In this document: positions 61,858-64,000 of the stretch, one piece after another
How positions within the stretch are numbered: position 1 is the first letter of the stretch
How the letters are laid out: the number at the start of each line of letters is the position of its first letter
NCBI GenBank assembly: GCA_963705185.1
Contig: CAVPJF010000033.1
Coordinates: 145,894 to 209,893 of the forward strand
Direction: 5' to 3'
DNA: 64,000 bases
Source of the DNA: an uncultured Bacteroidales bacterium
GTDB lineage: Bacteria; Bacteroidota; Bacteroidia; Bacteroidales; JAADJA01
Notes under the pieces: model-generated
Told to the model about the DNA's origin: nothing
Seen by the model: the letters and a program-made list of their open reading frames with translations, nothing else
Database searches by the model: none
Position numbers and translations under genes: made by a program

Positions 61858-64000
61858 TTAAAGTTTCTTTTTCACTTCAACTTCTTCATACCCCTCGATG
61901 ATATCAGCTACTTTAACATCATTGAAATTTTCAATGTTCAATCCGCATTCATAGCCGGATTTCACTTCTTTCACATCATCTTTAAATCGTTTAAGTGAAC
62001 CCAGGTTTCCTGTGTAAACAACAATTCCATCACGAATGATCCGGACTCTTGTATTCCTTGTAATGGTACCATCAAGCACCATACAACCCGCAACGGTTCC
62101 TACTTTCGTAATTTTAAATACTTCCCGTACCTCGACATTGCAGACAATTTTTTCTTCAATATCAGGTGAAAGCATTCCCTCCATGGCGGCTTTAATTTCT
62201 TCAATCGCCTGGTAAATAATCGAATAAAGCCTGATATCGATTTGTTCCTGCTCGGCAAGTTTCCTTGCGCTTAATGAAGGACGAACCTGGAACGCAACTA
62301 TAACCGCATCAGACGCAGAAGCAAGCATGACATCTGTTTCTGTAACTGCACCAACAGATTTATGAATAATATTAACCTGGATTTGCTCATTGGACAATTT
62401 CAGCAATGAATCTGAAAGGGCTTCGACTGAACCATCCACATCACCTTTGACAATGATATTAAGTTCTTTGAAATCACCAATTGCAATTCTTCGTCCGATT
62501 TCGTCGAGGGTAATGTGTTTCTGTGTCCTGATTCCCTGTTCACGCTGCAATTGCTGACGTTTGTTTGCAATTGCTTTGGCTTCTTTTTCATCTTTCAACA
62601 CCTTAAATATATCCCCAGCCTGAGGAGCACCATTTAAACCTAGCAATAATAGTGGAGTGGAGGGACCGGCACTGACAATTCTCTGGTTCCGCTCATTGTA
62701 CATAGCTTTAACCTTACCGAAAGTAGAACCGGCCAGAACAACATCACCTGTTTGAAGAGTTCCTTCCTGAACCAGCAATTTAGCTACGTAACCCCGGCCT
62801 TTATCGAGTGAACTTTCGATTACCGTTCCTAATGCAAGTTTGTCAGGATTTGCTTTCAGATCAAGAAGTTCGGCTTCAAGCAAAACTTTATCCAGTAAAA
62901 CCTCGATGTTAATCCTTGTTTGGCCGATATGTCCTGACTTTGATATTTGCCACCCCAATCTTCCACCAGGATATTCATCTTCGAAAGCTCTTCTTTTATT
63001 TTCTCAGGGTTGGCTCCCGGTTTATCAATTTTATTAATGGCAAAAACAATAGGGACCCCTGCTGCCTGTGCATGATTTATGGCTTCACGGGTCTGGGGCA
63101 TCACGTTATCGTCAGCTGCCACAACGATGATAGCAACATCAGTTACTTTGGCGCCTCTTGCCCTCATGGCTGTGAAGGCCTCGTGACCGGGAGTGTCGAG
63201 GAATGTAATTTTTTTACCAGCATCTGTTATAAATTCATAAGCTCCGATGTGCTGGGTGATACCTCCGGCTTCACCGTCAACAACGTTGGCTTTCCTGATA
63301 AAGTCAAGTAACTTTGTTTTACCATGATCAACATGCCCCATTACTGTAACGATTGGAGCTCTGGGTACCAGGTCTTCAGGATTATCTTCTTCCGCCGCTT
63401 CCTGAACTGCATCCTGAAAATCAGCACTTACAAATTCAATTTTGTAACCGAATTCTTCAGCAACCAGAGCAAGCGTTTCGGCGTCAAGCCTTTGGTTGAT
63501 TGAAACAAAAAGTCCCAGGGTCATACAGGTTGAAATAATCTGGTTTACCTGCACATTCATCATGTTTGCCAGTTCATTTGCTGTGACAAATTCTGTCACC
63601 TTGATGACATTCTTTTCTTCTTCAATCTTGTCGAGCTCTTTCTGCTTAAGATGACTTATGGTTTGTCTTTTTTCCCTGCGGTATTTTGAAGTTTTGGATT
63701 TACCAACACCTGTAAGTTTTGCCAGAGTTTCCTTTATCTGCTGCTGAATATCACCTTCAGTTATTTCAGGACGTTCTCTCTCTTTTCTGACTCGCTTATC
63801 TTTAAACCTTTGATGGATATGTTTTTTTTCTGGCTCCTGACTTCTTTTATCTTTAACTTGTAAATCAGTCTGGTCTGGTTTTTTCCTGATCCGTCTCCTT
63901 TTTTTCTTCCTTGAGGACATATCAGGATCTTTGGATGAAGCTACAGGTTTTTTATCTGTTTTCTTCTTTTCTGCCGGGAGCTCAATTTTATCAAGTATCT
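61858..64000 (-). CDS. infB: Translation initiation factor IF-2 (N-terminus beyond window end); one frame break at about 62912
   Basis: [16 protein letters not shown] (G1), [14 protein letters not shown]-terminal domains. The frame stays open through position 64000. Fragments 62856..63920 and 61858..62958. Confidence 0.95.

Overview
This 64 kb window looks like a chromosomal segment of a Bacteroidota-type organism, probably an anaerobe. Supporting signs are T9SS C-terminal sorting domains, an S46 peptidase, TAnnTTTG-type promoter boxes and almost no Shine-Dalgarno sequences. GC is about 38-40% by eye. I saw no CRISPR array, rRNA, transposase or integrase.

Most of the window is housekeeping genes:
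- Translation and secretion: ffh, prmC, infB (partial).
- Central and nucleotide metabolism: folD, queE, fumC, class II fba, purC.
- Acyl-CoA carboxylase operon: accC, a BCCP gene and a carboxyltransferase gene.
- Stress and transport: hsp20, nhaA, a gltP-like symporter, osmC, phoH.
- Two stand-alone tRNA genes: tRNA-His(GTG) and tRNA-Arg(CCG).

The least ordinary locus lies at 2.7-17.4 kb.
- An intact xdhC-xdhA-xdhB xanthine dehydrogenase operon is preceded on the same strand by a P-loop kinase, a sucrose-phosphate-synthase-like GT4 and an ORF6N DNA-binding gene.
- It is convergent with a mocA-like gene.
- Next to it is a second operon: CDF transporter, YgfK-like flavo-FeS oxidoreductase, a ~490-aa fold-type-II PLP enzyme and a zinc-ribbon threonine-synthase-like PLP enzyme.
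- This recalls the E. coli mocA(ygfJ)-ygfK / xdh region but has different partner genes.

A major caveat is that the sequence carries many 1-nt frame breaks. Most of those I could localise sit in short homopolymers. One splits essential infB, which points to consensus error. The breaks are strongly clustered in the YgfK/PLP operon and in two giant surface-protein genes. About 7 kb (9.7-16.7 kb) and about 10 kb (51.3-61.3 kb) have none, and this pattern deserves a read-level check.

Other observations:
- In-phase GTTCAAA heptad arrays occur at three intergenic sites, and a second heptad array sits in the tRNA-Arg leader.
- A perfect 19-nt palindrome lies directly in front of the ORF6N gene.
- Nested palindromes lie in a 736-bp non-coding stretch.
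- hsp20 has an isolated perfect Shine-Dalgarno sequence.

All functional calls rest on motif and family recognition from the translations. No database search was run.
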